A DNA stretch of 64,000 bases from a bacterium (GCA_030602615.1 JAUVZM010000005.1:5094-69093), one strand, 5' to 3'. Counted from the stretch's first letter, positions 1-10,640 are shown. Translations and numbers: made by a program. The notes: generated by a model not told the origin, from the letters alone.

Positions 1-2
1 GC

Positions 3-509
3 GAAATAGGTGCGCGAGTGGCCATAGCTCGACGGGCCGGACTGCTCCACGACATTGGCAAGGCCGTCGACTTCGAGCGCGAAGGCACTCACGCCCAAAT
101 CAGTATGGAGATCGCCCGCACCCATGGCGAACGCGAAGAGGTCCTTAATCCGATCGGCGCCCATCATGGAGAGATTGAACAGCAGTCGATTGAGGCAGTG
201 TTGGTACAGGCTGCTGACGCTATCTCTGCCGCTCGCCCCGGCGCTCGGCGCGAAACTCTGGAAAGTTACATCAAGCGACTCGAAAGCCTTGAGTCTCTAG
301 CAATGGACTTTGACGGCGTCGAAAAGGTTTACGCCATCCATGCCGGACGGGAGATTCGGGTGTTAGTCAAGCCCGGCGAGATGGACGATGCATCCAGCCA
401 GGAGCTGGCCCGCGATGTGGCCACGCAAATTGAACAGGATATGGACTATCCCGGACAGATACGGGTAACGGTCATCCGCGAGACTCGCGCAATCGAATAC
501 GCCAAATAG
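3..509 (+). CDS. rny: Ribonuclease Y, C-terminal part (truncated by window start)
   Basis: HD motif [33 protein letters not shown] and [15 protein letters not shown]. The frame is open to the window edge. rny-ymdB-spoVS synteny. Confidence 0.96.
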   Translation, partial: EIGARVAIARRAGLLHDIGKAVDFEREGTHAQISMEIARTHGEREEVLNPIGAHHGEIEQQSIEAVLVQAADAISAARPGARRETLESYIKRLESLESLAMDFDGVEKVYAIHAGREIRVLVKPGEMDDASSQELARDVATQIEQDMDYPGQIRVTVIRETRAIEYAK

Positions 510-540
510 AGATACCTACAAAAACGGGGACTGACACTAA

Positions 541-1338
541 TTGGGAGCACACCGCTTGAACATATTATTTATCGGTGATGTCGTCGGCCGGATCGGTCGC
601 AACGCGATAACTGACAATCTGGCCAGCCTAATTGGCGAATACGACATCGCCTTTACCATCATCAACGCAGAGAACGCGGCCGGAGGCTTCGGGTTGACAC
701 CTGACACGGCAGCACAGCTACTTGATGCCGGGGCCGACTGCCTGACTTCCGGTAACCATATCTGGGCACAAAAAGAGGCTGAACAACTGTTGGATAATGA
801 GCAGCGGGTGTTGCGTCCCGTTAACTATCCTCCAGGCGCGCCCGGCCGGGGCAGCGCAATCTATCAGACGAGCGAGGAGGTAAAGGTGGGCGTCATCAAT
901 CTACTGGGCCGTGTCTTTATGGAGCCAGTAGATTGTCCCTTCCGGTGCGCAGAGTTAGAGGTTGAGCAGATCAGCGAATCCAGCGACCTAATCGTAGTAG
1001 ACTTCCATGGCGAAGCCACCTCTGAGAAGCAGGCTATGGGCTATTTCCTGGACGGGAGAGTAACCGCTGTAATCGGTACTCACACCCACATTCAGACCGC
1101 CGATGAGAAGATCCTGGCCGGGGGCACAGCCTACATCACCGACTGCGGAATGACCGGCCCGGACGATACAGTCATCGGGATTGATAAGCAGACTATTATT
1201 GAGAAGTTTGTATCAGGCCGCCCCCAGCGCTTTGAGGTGCCCAAGTCAGGGCCTTGTCTAATATCAGGTGTAGTGATAGAATGTAATCTCCATACTGGGC
1301 TCGCCGAGACCATAGCGCGGATACATATCACTTACTAA
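541..1338 (+). CDS. ymdB: YmdB/TIGR00282 metallophosphoesterase
   Basis: ILFIGDVVG, NAENAAGGFG, TSGNHIW, VDFHGEATSEK, GTHTHIQTAD, DCGMTGP. Confidence 0.95.
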   Translation: MGAHRLNILFIGDVVGRIGRNAITDNLASLIGEYDIAFTIINAENAAGGFGLTPDTAAQLLDAGADCLTSGNHIWAQKEAEQLLDNEQRVLRPVNYPPGAPGRGSAIYQTSEEVKVGVINLLGRVFMEPVDCPFRCAELEVEQISESSDLIVVDFHGEATSEKQAMGYFLDGRVTAVIGTHTHIQTADEKILAGGTAYITDCGMTGPDDTVIGIDKQTIIEKFVSGRPQRFEVPKSGPCLISGVVIECNLHTGLAETIARIHITY

Positions 1339-1508
1339 TAGCAATGTTCCGCAACAGACTGCAGCAGGAATTGTGACCATTACGAAATATTGGTCTTGGA
1401 CTCAATATAGGTACGCCAGTAGCAACAATCGCAGAGCAATCATAGACAGCATCATTGCCATCACGACAATTCACATCGGCACAAGACATCACAAAAGGGG
1501 GAGTAGCG

Positions 1509-1772
1509 GTGAGCCTGCTCAGAGTAGGGTCTAAATCTGATCCGAACAAGGTTGCCGGAGCCATAGCTGGCACGATTAGAGAAGAGGACTCCTGTCAAGT
1601 GCAGACCATTGGCGCCGGTGCCCTCAACCAGGCCATTAAGGCCCTGGCGATTGCCCGCGGCTTCCTGGCTCCTTCGGGGATAGACCTAATCTGCTACCCC
1701 GCCTTTGTGGATGTAACTATAGACGGCAACGAGCGCACGGCTATCAAGCTATTCATAGAAGCACGGCAGTAA
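1509..1772 (+). CDS. spoVS: Stage V sporulation protein S family
   Basis: SKSDPNKVAGAIAG, IGAGALNQAIKALAIARGF. GTG at 1509 follows an AAGGGGGAG RBS. Confidence 0.93.
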   Translation: MSLLRVGSKSDPNKVAGAIAGTIREEDSCQVQTIGAGALNQAIKALAIARGFLAPSGIDLICYPAFVDVTIDGNERTAIKLFIEARQ

Positions 1773-1931
1773 CCAACAGGGCTGCGGCCGACTTAGGCAC
1801 AGCGCTACCAGTAAATAGAACCTCATTTGCGACGGACAGGAGCGGCAGCCAAGCGCGGTAGAGAGCAGGCTCGGGCTATACAATAGCCAACCACGATTCG
1901 CAATAGCAGTCAGGCCGCAGGAGCGCTAACA

Positions 1932-3620
1932 ATGAGAGCAGACCTAAGGTGGGAGAGGCGAGCTCCTCAGATTCTTACTTACGTCCTCATAGCCCTGGTT
2001 CTGATATTTCTCTACTTGATATTCATGGCGGGACGGTTCCACGGCCTTACCAATGAAAACGCCATGGACTACGCCCAAGTCGCCCAAAACCTGGCCCAGG
2101 GCGAAGGGTTTACCACCAACTTTATCAAGCCAATTAGTCTGACTCGCAATGCCAGCCTGGCTCGCCACCCGGACTTGACCTACCCCCCAATCCATCCCTG
2201 GTTTACTTCCCTGATTATGCGAGCCATGGGCACCAATGACCGGGCAGCAGCACTGGGCAGTGGAATTCCCTTCCTGCTAACTGTGCCCCTGGTGTTTGTG
2301 TTGACCGGTTGGATCTTCGACCGGCGAACTGCTTGGCTGGCGACGGCCCTGCACTTCACCAATATCGAGATCCTCCACTATGCTATCTCCGGACTGGAAG
2401 TGTGTTTGCTGTCGCTATGGCTGCTTGCACTTTTCATGGTACTGTATCAGTATGCCCAGCGCACCGACCTACAGCCAGCTCTGGCCGGCGCTGTCGGCCT
2501 GCTGATTGGTCTCATTTACCTGACTAAGTACATCTGGGTAGTGGCGCTCATCCCGGTGCTAATATACCTGTACTATTCAACCGAGGACCACACCCGAATT
2601 CGCACGCTCCTAGTGGTCGTTATAGTCTTTGCTGTAGTGATATCTCCGTGGTGTTACCGAACTTACCAGGTCAGCGGCAATCCCTTTTTCACCTGGCGCT
2701 GGTACGAGGTTACTATGAACACGCGGACAAATCCCGGCATGACCCTGTATCGCTCGCTGCCGGAAAAGCTCCCCAATCCGGTGACCTACGCCTTGATCCA
2801 CCCCATGGAGATCTATGAGAAGCTCCGTGCCGGGGTGGTCAATCTCTACAGTGTGCCAGCGCGAGTAGCTGGAGTCTACGCTACACCATTGTTCATTGTT
2901 GCCATTCTGGTGCCCTTGGGGACCGCCAACTTCGAAAGACTCAGGTATCTGCTTTACGGTGTGTTGGTGTTGATGATCGTCTCACTACTGTTCGTAGCAG
3001 CAGCTTCCCGACTGCTCTATCCGGTGGCTCCTCTTCTCACTGTAGTCGCCGCTGCCTTTTTCTTTCGGATTTTGCTGCCATTAGTTCAAGATTATGCCAG
3101 TCCGCTGCGACGGCGTTACACGGCGGTGGGGATTGGCGTACTGATGCTGCTGCATACCACCCCACTACTATTCGCGCTGACCACTCGCCGTCGTCCCGGG
3201 GACAGACCTCCGATACAGCAGAGCCAAGACTGGGCTGACCAAGCCCAAGAACTGGGCGGTTCGCCGATCATCACCGATCAGCCCTGGCTGCTGGCCTGGC
3301 ACAATGATATGACGGTGGTGTGGCTACCCAAGACCGGTGCCGACCTGAAGCGGATCCAACAGCGAGTTGGCCAGTTGCCATGGATGCTGCTGACTCCGGC
3401 AGTTACCCGCAATCAAGTCACCGAACGCACGGAGGAGTGGGCTCGACTGTGGCGACAAGCAGTGGCCCGAGAAGTCCCACCATACTACGGATTCGTGGTT
3501 GCCGAGCGCATAGGCGACGGGACGTGGGTGCTACTGCGCAAGAACCCACAGGCTGGCCCTGTTGCCCCTGCTGCGCCTGAATTGCCCGCCACAGATACAC
3601 TACAGTCATCGGAGCAGTAG
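1932..3620 (+). CDS. GT-C fold glycosyltransferase (GT39/ArnT/PMT-like), polytopic membrane protein
   Basis: N-terminal loop NAMDYAQVAQNLAQGEGF...YPPIHP, many TM helices, PWCYRTYQVSGNPF motif. Confidence 0.8.
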   Translation: MRADLRWERRAPQILTYVLIALVLIFLYLIFMAGRFHGLTNENAMDYAQVAQNLAQGEGFTTNFIKPISLTRNASLARHPDLTYPPIHPWFTSLIMRAMGTNDRAAALGSGIPFLLTVPLVFVLTGWIFDRRTAWLATALHFTNIEILHYAISGLEVCLLSLWLLALFMVLYQYAQRTDLQPALAGAVGLLIGLIYLTKYIWVVALIPVLIYLYYSTEDHTRIRTLLVVVIVFAVVISPWCYRTYQVSGNPFFTWRWYEVTMNTRTNPGMTLYRSLPEKLPNPVTYALIHPMEIYEKLRAGVVNLYSVPARVAGVYATPLFIVAILVPLGTANFERLRYLLYGVLVLMIVSLLFVAAASRLLYPVAPLLTVVAAAFFFRILLPLVQDYASPLRRRYTAVGIGVLMLLHTTPLLFALTTRRRPGDRPPIQQSQDWADQAQELGGSPIITDQPWLLAWHNDMTVVWLPKTGADLKRIQQRVGQLPWMLLTPAVTRNQVTERTEEWARLWRQAVAREVPPYYGFVVAERIGDGTWVLLRKNPQAGPVAPAAPELPATDTLQSSEQ

Positions 3621-3623
3621 AAA

Positions 3624-4217
3624 TTGCCGACAAAGACTGACAGTCAGCAAAACCAGCAACAATGTTACCATTGTGGCGCTGAGCTGGCGCCGGGGATGCG
3701 GGTATGCCCTGTCTGCGGCCGCAAGCAAACGCGGACCTGCTATTGTGGGGCAGAGATTCCCGTAACCGCACGGACTTGTCCTGAGTGCGGTGCTGACTGG
3801 TCAGCCAGCCGGCGGGTGAGGCGCAAATCCAAATCCAAACGGATAGACTGGAAACAGTTAACTAAATCCGCAGTGATCGGCGCCCTTATCACTGCGCTGG
3901 CAGCCGCCGGGCTCAGCGCTATCGTCACAGCATTGGCCCGTCGCAGTCTGGACTACGGCCAGCCACTGCCGGCTTCATTTATCCAGCGTCTCTCACTGGC
4001 CCTGACGGCGATGTATAGAGCTGTGGCAACAGTGGCTGATCGCCTGGCCGAGCACGGTGCAGGAGCAGCGACACTGCTGGGGATATTGGTGCTGGGAGCC
4101 GGCGTCGGCGCCGTAGTCTATCTATTCCGTGAGGGCTTCTGGACTCGCTGGCGCTATCGCTCATCGAGCAAGATCAAGCGCAAACGCAGCTCCTCAACCA
4201 CGGACCAAGCAGATTAG
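3624..4217 (+). CDS. Multi zinc-ribbon membrane protein
   Basis: CYHC, CPVC, CYC and CPEC motifs, followed by two TM segments and basic tails. Confidence 0.75.
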   Translation: MPTKTDSQQNQQQCYHCGAELAPGMRVCPVCGRKQTRTCYCGAEIPVTARTCPECGADWSASRRVRRKSKSKRIDWKQLTKSAVIGALITALAAAGLSAIVTALARRSLDYGQPLPASFIQRLSLALTAMYRAVATVADRLAEHGAGAATLLGILVLGAGVGAVVYLFREGFWTRWRYRSSSKIKRKRSSSTTDQAD

Positions 4218-4219
4218 CA

Positions 4220-5110
4220 ATGGACAGTTTGCCAGCCGACCAAACCAGGACGTTGCCAAGCCCGCAGGCCGCCGACCAGGCTCCTTCTCCCATCCAGCTA
4301 ATCACAGTAGGTGCAGCGCTGCTGCTGGCCTACGGGCATTATATCCTGTGGATGGTCGAACGGTGGTGGGAAAGCCCCTACTACGGGCACGGCTTTCTGA
4401 TCCCCATTATCAGCGGTTACCTGATCTGGCGGGTGCGCGAGCGGCTGTGGCAGCTACCGCGCGAAGATTTCAATTGGGGAATAGTCATTGTGGCCGGCTC
4501 ACTGGTGGTGCATCTTGCTGCCAGCTTTGCCGACGTCCATTTTCCCTCGGGCTTTGCTCTGGTTGGAACAATCTTTGGGCTAGTGGTATGGCTGGGAGGA
4601 CGGGCATGGGGACAGATGCTGATCTTTCCGGTCGGCTTCCTGGCATTTATGGTGCCCCTGGGTCGAATCCTGGTCGAGCAGGTCGCCGGGCCTCTGCAAC
4701 TACTCTCCGCCCAACTGGGCGGCCAGGCCGTAGCAATGATTGGCGGGATAGTCAATATTGAAGGCACGCTCATCCGCACGCCGATCTACACCTTCGAGGT
4801 AGCCATTCCCTGCAGCGGACTAAAATCAACCATTGCTATGACTGCGCTGGCTGCCCTGTTTGCCTATCTGGTGGTGGCGCCGCGGTGGAAGAAGCTGGTG
4901 TTGTTCGTGTGCGCTTTTCCCGTAGCCTTGCTGGCCAACGCTGCCCGCATCTTCGTCACTGTGATTTTAGGTACAACTGTGGGGCCGGCTGTTGCTGAAG
5001 GCTTTTTTCACAGCGTTTCGGGTATTATTGTTTTTCTATTCGGCCTGACCGGTCTGTTCGTCGTGGGGAGAACCCTGGGATGTCTGCAACTGCGCGAAGA
5101 CATCTGGTAG
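4220..5110 (+). CDS. Exosortase (EpsH family)
   Basis: YYGHGFLIP. Catalytic Cys/Arg/His motifs PCSGLKS, NAARI, FFHSVSG. Confidence 0.92.
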   Translation: MDSLPADQTRTLPSPQAADQAPSPIQLITVGAALLLAYGHYILWMVERWWESPYYGHGFLIPIISGYLIWRVRERLWQLPREDFNWGIVIVAGSLVVHLAASFADVHFPSGFALVGTIFGLVVWLGGRAWGQMLIFPVGFLAFMVPLGRILVEQVAGPLQLLSAQLGGQAVAMIGGIVNIEGTLIRTPIYTFEVAIPCSGLKSTIAMTALAALFAYLVVAPRWKKLVLFVCAFPVALLANAARIFVTVILGTTVGPAVAEGFFHSVSGIIVFLFGLTGLFVVGRTLGCLQLREDIW

Positions 5111-5733
5111 CCCTGATCATACTGCTGGCCGCGGCCGCAGCGGTGGAAGCCGTCCGCATCATGAGCAGCGCGCCGCCCGCCTTCGCACCCGATTTTGCCA
5201 CATTGCCGATGAAGATCGGTGACTACCAGGGCCAGAACCGCGAAGTTGACGAGTTTATCCGCAAGTATCTGGGCGCCGAACAGATGCTGGAACGCCTCTA
5301 CACCGGCCCAGACGGTTTGGTGAGCGTGACCCTGATCTACGGGGTGGACTGGCGCGACGTTCACTCGCCGGTAAGCTGCTTTCCTGCCCAGGGCTGGCTG
5401 ATCGTCGCTGACGACCCCATCCAGGTACCAGCCCCCGCCGACTCACCGACCCCGGGTGCCGTCCACGCCCGTCTGCTGCGGGTAGTCAAGAATGACCAGT
5501 ATCGGCTGGCTGCCTTCGCCTTCTGCCATCCCGGCGGTACCACCAGTAACTGGATCTACCAGGGATGGAAGGTACTTACCGGCCCACGCGGAGCCGGCGG
5601 AGTCATCGTCATCCTCGACACCGAACCAACCCCCGGCCTAGAACCTGCCCAGCAGCGCCTCAACCAGTTTCTGGCGGCCGTCTACCCCCACGCTGTCAGC
5701 TTCTGGTATCAGGAGCCACAGATCGGCAGTTGA
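5080..5733 (+). CDS. Exosortase-associated EpsI family protein
   Basis: LPMKIGDYQG and HSPVSCFPAQGW motifs. Overlaps the exosortase stop. Confidence 0.85.
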   Translation: MSATARRHLVALIILLAAAAAVEAVRIMSSAPPAFAPDFATLPMKIGDYQGQNREVDEFIRKYLGAEQMLERLYTGPDGLVSVTLIYGVDWRDVHSPVSCFPAQGWLIVADDPIQVPAPADSPTPGAVHARLLRVVKNDQYRLAAFAFCHPGGTTSNWIYQGWKVLTGPRGAGGVIVILDTEPTPGLEPAQQRLNQFLAAVYPHAVSFWYQEPQIGS

Positions 5734-5742
5734 TCACAGGGC

Positions 5743-7317
5743 TCAGCGACCTGGCCCAAGTACGACGACCCCACTATTGCGGTATACAGGCTGCCAGCCG
5801 TGCGCCGCGGCCAGCTCCAGCAACTGGCGACGGGGCAGTGCGCGGGCCCATTGACCCTGGGGCGAGGTTGTCGGCACGGCCACCGCACCGACGCCATAAT
5901 GCCGCCAGACGCGCTCAAGGGCATCAGCATCATCGAAAGGAATCTGCACCACTGGCCGGTCACTGTAGAAACGTACCAGGTACGGGTAGTGTGCCATGAT
6001 AACGCTAGGGGCGGGCAATTGCTGCTTCGCCCAACCCGCCATTTCGATGTGAGCCTGCCGCGATGAGTTGGCCGACTGCTGGCTCACCCGCCAATAGACG
6101 TATCCGCCTATACCCACACAGGCTACCAGCAGCACGACAGCTAACAGACCCGCCTCAGCATCTCTGCGGATTGCCCAAATCCGTCGGGCTATTGTCATGC
6201 CCCCCGCGGCGGCACTGATTGCCACCACCGGTAGTACCGCCAGCAGATAACGAGGCAGGACGATCCAACTCAGCCCCAGCTCCAATATGAGCAGACCTGC
6301 AAAAACCCACAGATTTCTGACCCGGCGGTGATGACCCACACCCAATATGACAATCACACAGGGAACCACAAAGAACAGGCCAACGCCCCCGAACAGTAGG
6401 GCCAGAGCGCGGCCTAGTTGGCCAATAACCGTCGCAGCAGCCCCTGGCAGGCCTGCTTGACTGAGCCAGCCGCCCAGTGAGGGGAGCGGCTCGCCCCAGT
6501 AAACGTGTAGCAGCCCCTGGCCGGAAGCATCCGTCCTGATGTGCCCCGCGGTATGAATGTTTGTCGAATAGACAGGATTGCCAAAAGTCAGATGATTGCG
6601 TATCAGCATCGGCGAGGCAAACAGCAGGACGATGACAGCGAATCCGATCAAATGCAGAAGACGCCGTCGGGTGCTCAACCCGGCTTGATCCAGCCAGTAG
6701 TAGGCCGCCAGGGGAGCCACCAACAGTAGCCCGGCAGGCTTGATGGTACAGGCCAGACCGACAGCAGCCCCGGCCAGCAGTATTGCCCCCTTGCGCTCAC
6801 CAGCACAGAGGGCTGCTAATAATGCTAGCAGCAACAGGCTCGTGAAGAGGACATCGGCTCCGGCGTCCAGCGACTCTTTGAGCCAGTAAGGCCAGGCAAC
6901 GAACAGAATCCCGGCCGCCAGGCAAACTGCGGAGGGAAGTCTTAACTGCTGAACCAGCAGATACACCAGAACAGGAGCAAGCAACAGACCTAACAGCAGG
7001 TTGGGCAAGGTTGCTGCAAATTCACTTTGTCCAAACACCGCCATACTGCCGGCCAATACCAGTGACCATGCCGAGGGACGGCGGTCCTCGGCATGCTGGA
7101 CCGACTGGTAGCGGCGATAGAAATTGCCCACCACCTCGCTGGTCAGGCCCCGTCCAGCCAGCAGATTGCGGGCTACCTCCACATAATTGGCCGGATCATA
7201 CGCTCCCAGCCGCGGCGCGCGCCAAGCCGTAATGAGCCCCGCTACCAACATCAGCCCACAGACAGCAATGAGGATGTGGAAATGTCGGTTCCCTATTGGG
7301 TTGAGCTTTGCTGACAT
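5743..7317 (-). CDS. GT-C fold glycosyltransferase (GT39/ArnT-like)
   Basis: YDPANYVEVARNLLAGRG, RRPSAWS, PMLIRNHLTFGNP. Multi-TM. Confidence 0.8.
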   Translation of the reverse strand: MSAKLNPIGNRHFHILIAVCGLMLVAGLITAWRAPRLGAYDPANYVEVARNLLAGRGLTSEVVGNFYRRYQSVQHAEDRRPSAWSLVLAGSMAVFGQSEFAATLPNLLLGLLLAPVLVYLLVQQLRLPSAVCLAAGILFVAWPYWLKESLDAGADVLFTSLLLLALLAALCAGERKGAILLAGAAVGLACTIKPAGLLLVAPLAAYYWLDQAGLSTRRRLLHLIGFAVIVLLFASPMLIRNHLTFGNPVYSTNIHTAGHIRTDASGQGLLHVYWGEPLPSLGGWLSQAGLPGAAATVIGQLGRALALLFGGVGLFFVVPCVIVILGVGHHRRVRNLWVFAGLLILELGLSWIVLPRYLLAVLPVVAISAAAGGMTIARRIWAIRRDAEAGLLAVVLLVACVGIGGYVYWRVSQQSANSSRQAHIEMAGWAKQQLPAPSVIMAHYPYLVRFYSDRPVVQIPFDDADALERVWRHYGVGAVAVPTTSPQGQWARALPRRQLLELAAAHGWQPVYRNSGVVVLGPGR

Positions 7318-7520
7318 GATAGGCCCCCGGATGGCTACCTACCAACAGGCCCAAACAGAATTCAAGGCAACAGCGGCTGGGACCTTCATATCGGGGCAAC
7401 AGCGGGTCAGGTTAGCGGTTACAGGCCTCGACGAGGCAATGAGCAGACCACTGGCGCTATATGATGATTTTATGAGTTAACAGCATCTGCGCCAAGCAAG
7501 TAGCCGCCCACAGCTTGTGG

Positions 7521-9113
7521 CTATGGTTGGCGCTGCACAAACATCGCTGCCCCCCAGAGAATGACACAGATGAGCAGCAGGGGCAGGTCGCCGATGCGGT
7601 GGTAGATTGACAACCTGCTCAGAGGATAGACTTTGGCAACTGTCAGGCCTTCTTCGCCCGCGGCGACCTCGGCGATGCGCCGCCCATAGGGGTTGATTAT
7701 GGCCGAGGGACCCATAGTGGCGGCCCGCACCACATAGCGACGACTTTCGACGGCGCGTACTGAAGCGATGGCCCCGTGCTGGCGCAATTCCGGGCTGTAA
7801 GCCGCCCACGAGTCACTGGTTATGGCGACCAGAACCTGGGCGCCCTTGCGACACAACTCGCGGTTAGGCCCCGCGAAGATTGCCTCCCAACAGATCAGAG
7901 TGCCCAGCGGAACTTCGTCGTATACCCGGAGCAGATTACGCTTGGCTCCCGGCACGATGTTTTGCGAGCGGATCGGATAGCGGCCAACCAACCGGTTGAG
8001 GGGACCCAGGTTCGGGACGTATTCCCCGAACATGACCAGATCAACCTTGCGATAGATATCGATAAGTTTGCCCTCACCGGAAAAAAGATAGGCAGAATTA
8101 TGCACCTGGCCGCCAGCCGCCTCCAGGGCGCCCACCAGCAGGTGGGCGCCTGTCTCCTTCGCGACCTGCTTGACTTCGTCAAGGTACTCGGGTGATTCGT
8201 TGAGCGCCACCGGCAGGGAAGTCTCGGGCCAGACAATCAGATCAGCCAGTATGCGGTCAGCAGACTTGGACGTCATATTGACGTAGGCCAGTCGGCACCG
8301 CTCGGCATCCTCCTGGGTAGTGGGATGCTGTATCGCCACGTTAGCCTGCATCACAATGGTACTTAGCGGTTTGCCGGCGGCGATTTCTCTGACAGAGGGA
8401 GTGACAAATGATCCGCTTTGAATGACCACCGCCCCGCTCAGGATAACTCCAAACACCAGGGCCAGTCCTATGAACACGGGTTTGGCCATCTGGGGATGAG
8501 CCGACTGTCTGGCCTCAAGCTTTGCCAGATGGGTCTGGACAAATATGGAGGCGATCAGAGCATTGGCAAAGACTATGACCAGCGTGACGGCACCAGAACC
8601 CAGAACGCTGGCAATCTGCAGTAGCAACAGCATCTCGTATTGGCTGTAGGCTATATCGCCAAAGTTGACGGCCAGCGCCCCTATGTGGCTGCGGATATAC
8701 TCGACCAGAACCCAGGCAGCAGCCAGCGCCGCCGCGCGTAGCAGCAGGGACCTCACGGCCCGCAAATAGACTGCCAACCAGCCGAACACTGCAAAGAAGA
8801 ATCCCTGGAAGAGAGCCAGCAGAACCAGGGGCAGAACTCCGTACTGCGAGATATAGTAGAAGAACAGCCCGAAAAAGACCATTCCGTAGATGAGGCCGAC
8901 CACGCCGCCCTGCCAGGGCCTGCGTACCTGGCCCAGAACGTAGAAAAGCGGGATTAAGGCTATCCAGGCCACAGCAGCCATCTCGGCAGGAGGAAAACTG
9001 ACAAATAGCAGAACAGCCGATAGCACAGCGCCCGCTGCCATTACTATCCAGGAAGTTGACGAGGCCGGCCGGGAGTTATTAGACCCAACTGTTACAGATT
9101 GGAATGCAATCAT
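7521..9113 (-). CDS. lnt: Apolipoprotein N-acyltransferase
   Basis: TM domain plus nitrilase triad motifs VWPETS, YRKVDLVMFGEYVP, LICWEAIF. Confidence 0.93.
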   Translation of the reverse strand: MIAFQSVTVGSNNSRPASSTSWIVMAAGAVLSAVLLFVSFPPAEMAAVAWIALIPLFYVLGQVRRPWQGGVVGLIYGMVFFGLFFYYISQYGVLPLVLLALFQGFFFAVFGWLAVYLRAVRSLLLRAAALAAAWVLVEYIRSHIGALAVNFGDIAYSQYEMLLLLQIASVLGSGAVTLVIVFANALIASIFVQTHLAKLEARQSAHPQMAKPVFIGLALVFGVILSGAVVIQSGSFVTPSVREIAAGKPLSTIVMQANVAIQHPTTQEDAERCRLAYVNMTSKSADRILADLIVWPETSLPVALNESPEYLDEVKQVAKETGAHLLVGALEAAGGQVHNSAYLFSGEGKLIDIYRKVDLVMFGEYVPNLGPLNRLVGRYPIRSQNIVPGAKRNLLRVYDEVPLGTLICWEAIFAGPNRELCRKGAQVLVAITSDSWAAYSPELRQHGAIASVRAVESRRYVVRAATMGPSAIINPYGRRIAEVAAGEEGLTVAKVYPLSRLSIYHRIGDLPLLLICVILWGAAMFVQRQP

Positions 9114-9130
9114 AGCCGCAATAGTTCACC

Positions 9131-9451
9131 TCAGCAAGATGCCGCCGGGGCTGCCGGAGCTACGACTTTTCCTCTTGCCAGCTTCTTCAGGAAACGCTCT
9201 ATGCGAACAAGTGCCTCTTTCAGTTGCTCCAGGCCGGTGGCGTAGGTGCATCGTAAGTAGCCCTGACCACTGGCGCCAAAGGCAGTGCCAGGAACTACTG
9301 CCACCGCCTCTTCAAACAGCAATGCCCTGGCGAACTGTTCGGAGGTCAGGCCGGTATGCTCAACAGAGGGAAACGAGTAGAAAGCACCTTTCGGTTCCCC
9401 ACAGGGCAATCCGAGGCTATCACTGAGCAGTTCACAGCTCGATATAGCCAA
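9131..9451 (-). pseudogene. C-terminal remnant of a class I/II PLP aminotransferase
   Basis: PKGAFYSFP...VAVVPGTAFG...GYLRCTYA...EALVRI matches the last ~90 aa of AspC-type enzymes. The PLP-lysine region is absent, and the secF stop lies immediately upstream. Confidence 0.8.
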
Positions 9452-9457
9452 ACCAGT

Positions 9458-10597
9458 CTAGAAGCGGCGTCTACTGCTCCTGTCGTGGCGGCGTTTGCGG
9501 CGCTCGCGCCGCTCTTCGCGCTTTTCCTCCTGGGCGTCCTCTTTAGCCTGCTGGATAGCATCTTCGCTGCTTACCTTCTCTGGTTCGCTCTTTTTCTCTG
9601 TGATCTGCTTCGGGCCGCCACCTCCCTCGCTGGCGGTTGCGCCGACGTAGGCGGGTCGCCGGCGGCGCTGCCTGGCAGTGACCTCGTCACGCTCCCACGC
9701 TACCACAATGGGGCTGGCAATGAATATGGAAGAGTATGCGCCGCTGGCAATCCCAACAATCAACGCCAGCGAGAATGCGTGGATGGCCGGCCCACCAAAG
9801 AAGAATAGAGCAATCAGAGCAAACAATGTTGTGACAGTAGTGTTGATCGAACGGGTCATTGTCTGCAGCAGGCTGGTGTTAGCAATCTCGGCAAATAGGC
9901 CGCCCCGATACAGCCGCATATTCTCCCTGATGCGGTCGAAGATCACCACGGAGTCATTTATTGAATAACCAATAATCGTCAGTATCGCCGCCACGAACTC
10001 GCTATTCAACTCAGCACCCAGCAGCGACATCACTCCGACCACTATTAACACGTCGTGGACGATGGCCACAACCCCAGCGACTCCGAAGCGCAGCTCATAG
10101 CGAATGGCAATGTAGATAAGGATCAGAATAGCACCAAGGATCAGCGCTAGCAGTGCGGTGTTGCGCAGCCGCTTGCCTACTATCGGGCCAACCAGATCGC
10201 GGCCCAAAACCTTGGGAGTGCCAGCCCGATCGCCGAAAAGCTCCCGGAGCCCTCCAGCTACTTGCTCAGCCTGCTGGGCAGCGGTATCTTCGTCCTGGGT
10301 GGCAGTGCGGATAAGCAATTCCGTCGTACCGGAGACCTGTATCTGACACTTGCTCAATCCATACTCATCGAGCATAGCCCGAGTTTGGGCAACAACAGTG
10401 GCAGCCGAATGCTGCGAATCCGTCAGCGAACGCTCAAAGCCATAGTTCACCAGTGTGCCCCCGGTGAAGTCTATGCCGTAGTTCATGCCCTTGCCAATCC
10501 AACTGATCAGCCCGGCACCTATCACGACCAGCGAGACAATCAACCACAGCCGGCTGCGGCCGATAATGTCGAAATTACTGCGGCGAAAAAAGTCCAA
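9458..10597 (-). CDS. secF: Protein translocase subunit SecF
   Basis: GIDFTGGT, GYSINDSVVIFDRIREN, SGAYSSIFIASP. Charged C-terminal tail. Confidence 0.96.
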   Translation of the reverse strand: MDFFRRSNFDIIGRSRLWLIVSLVVIGAGLISWIGKGMNYGIDFTGGTLVNYGFERSLTDSQHSAATVVAQTRAMLDEYGLSKCQIQVSGTTELLIRTATQDEDTAAQQAEQVAGGLRELFGDRAGTPKVLGRDLVGPIVGKRLRNTALLALILGAILILIYIAIRYELRFGVAGVVAIVHDVLIVVGVMSLLGAELNSEFVAAILTIIGYSINDSVVIFDRIRENMRLYRGGLFAEIANTSLLQTMTRSINTTVTTLFALIALFFFGGPAIHAFSLALIVGIASGAYSSIFIASPIVVAWERDEVTARQRRRRPAYVGATASEGGGGPKQITEKKSEPEKVSSEDAIQQAKEDAQEEKREERRERRKRRHDRSSRRRF

Positions 10598-10640
10598 GTC
10601 AAGTAAACCTCCTCAGCAAATAGCGGCGAGAATACCAAGC

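Noticed and set aside
1364..1392. SigH promoter upstream of spoVS (GCAGGAATT)
   Set aside because: The -35 looks right, but there is no GAAT/GAAC at the expected spacing. spoVS is also not evidence of sporulation.
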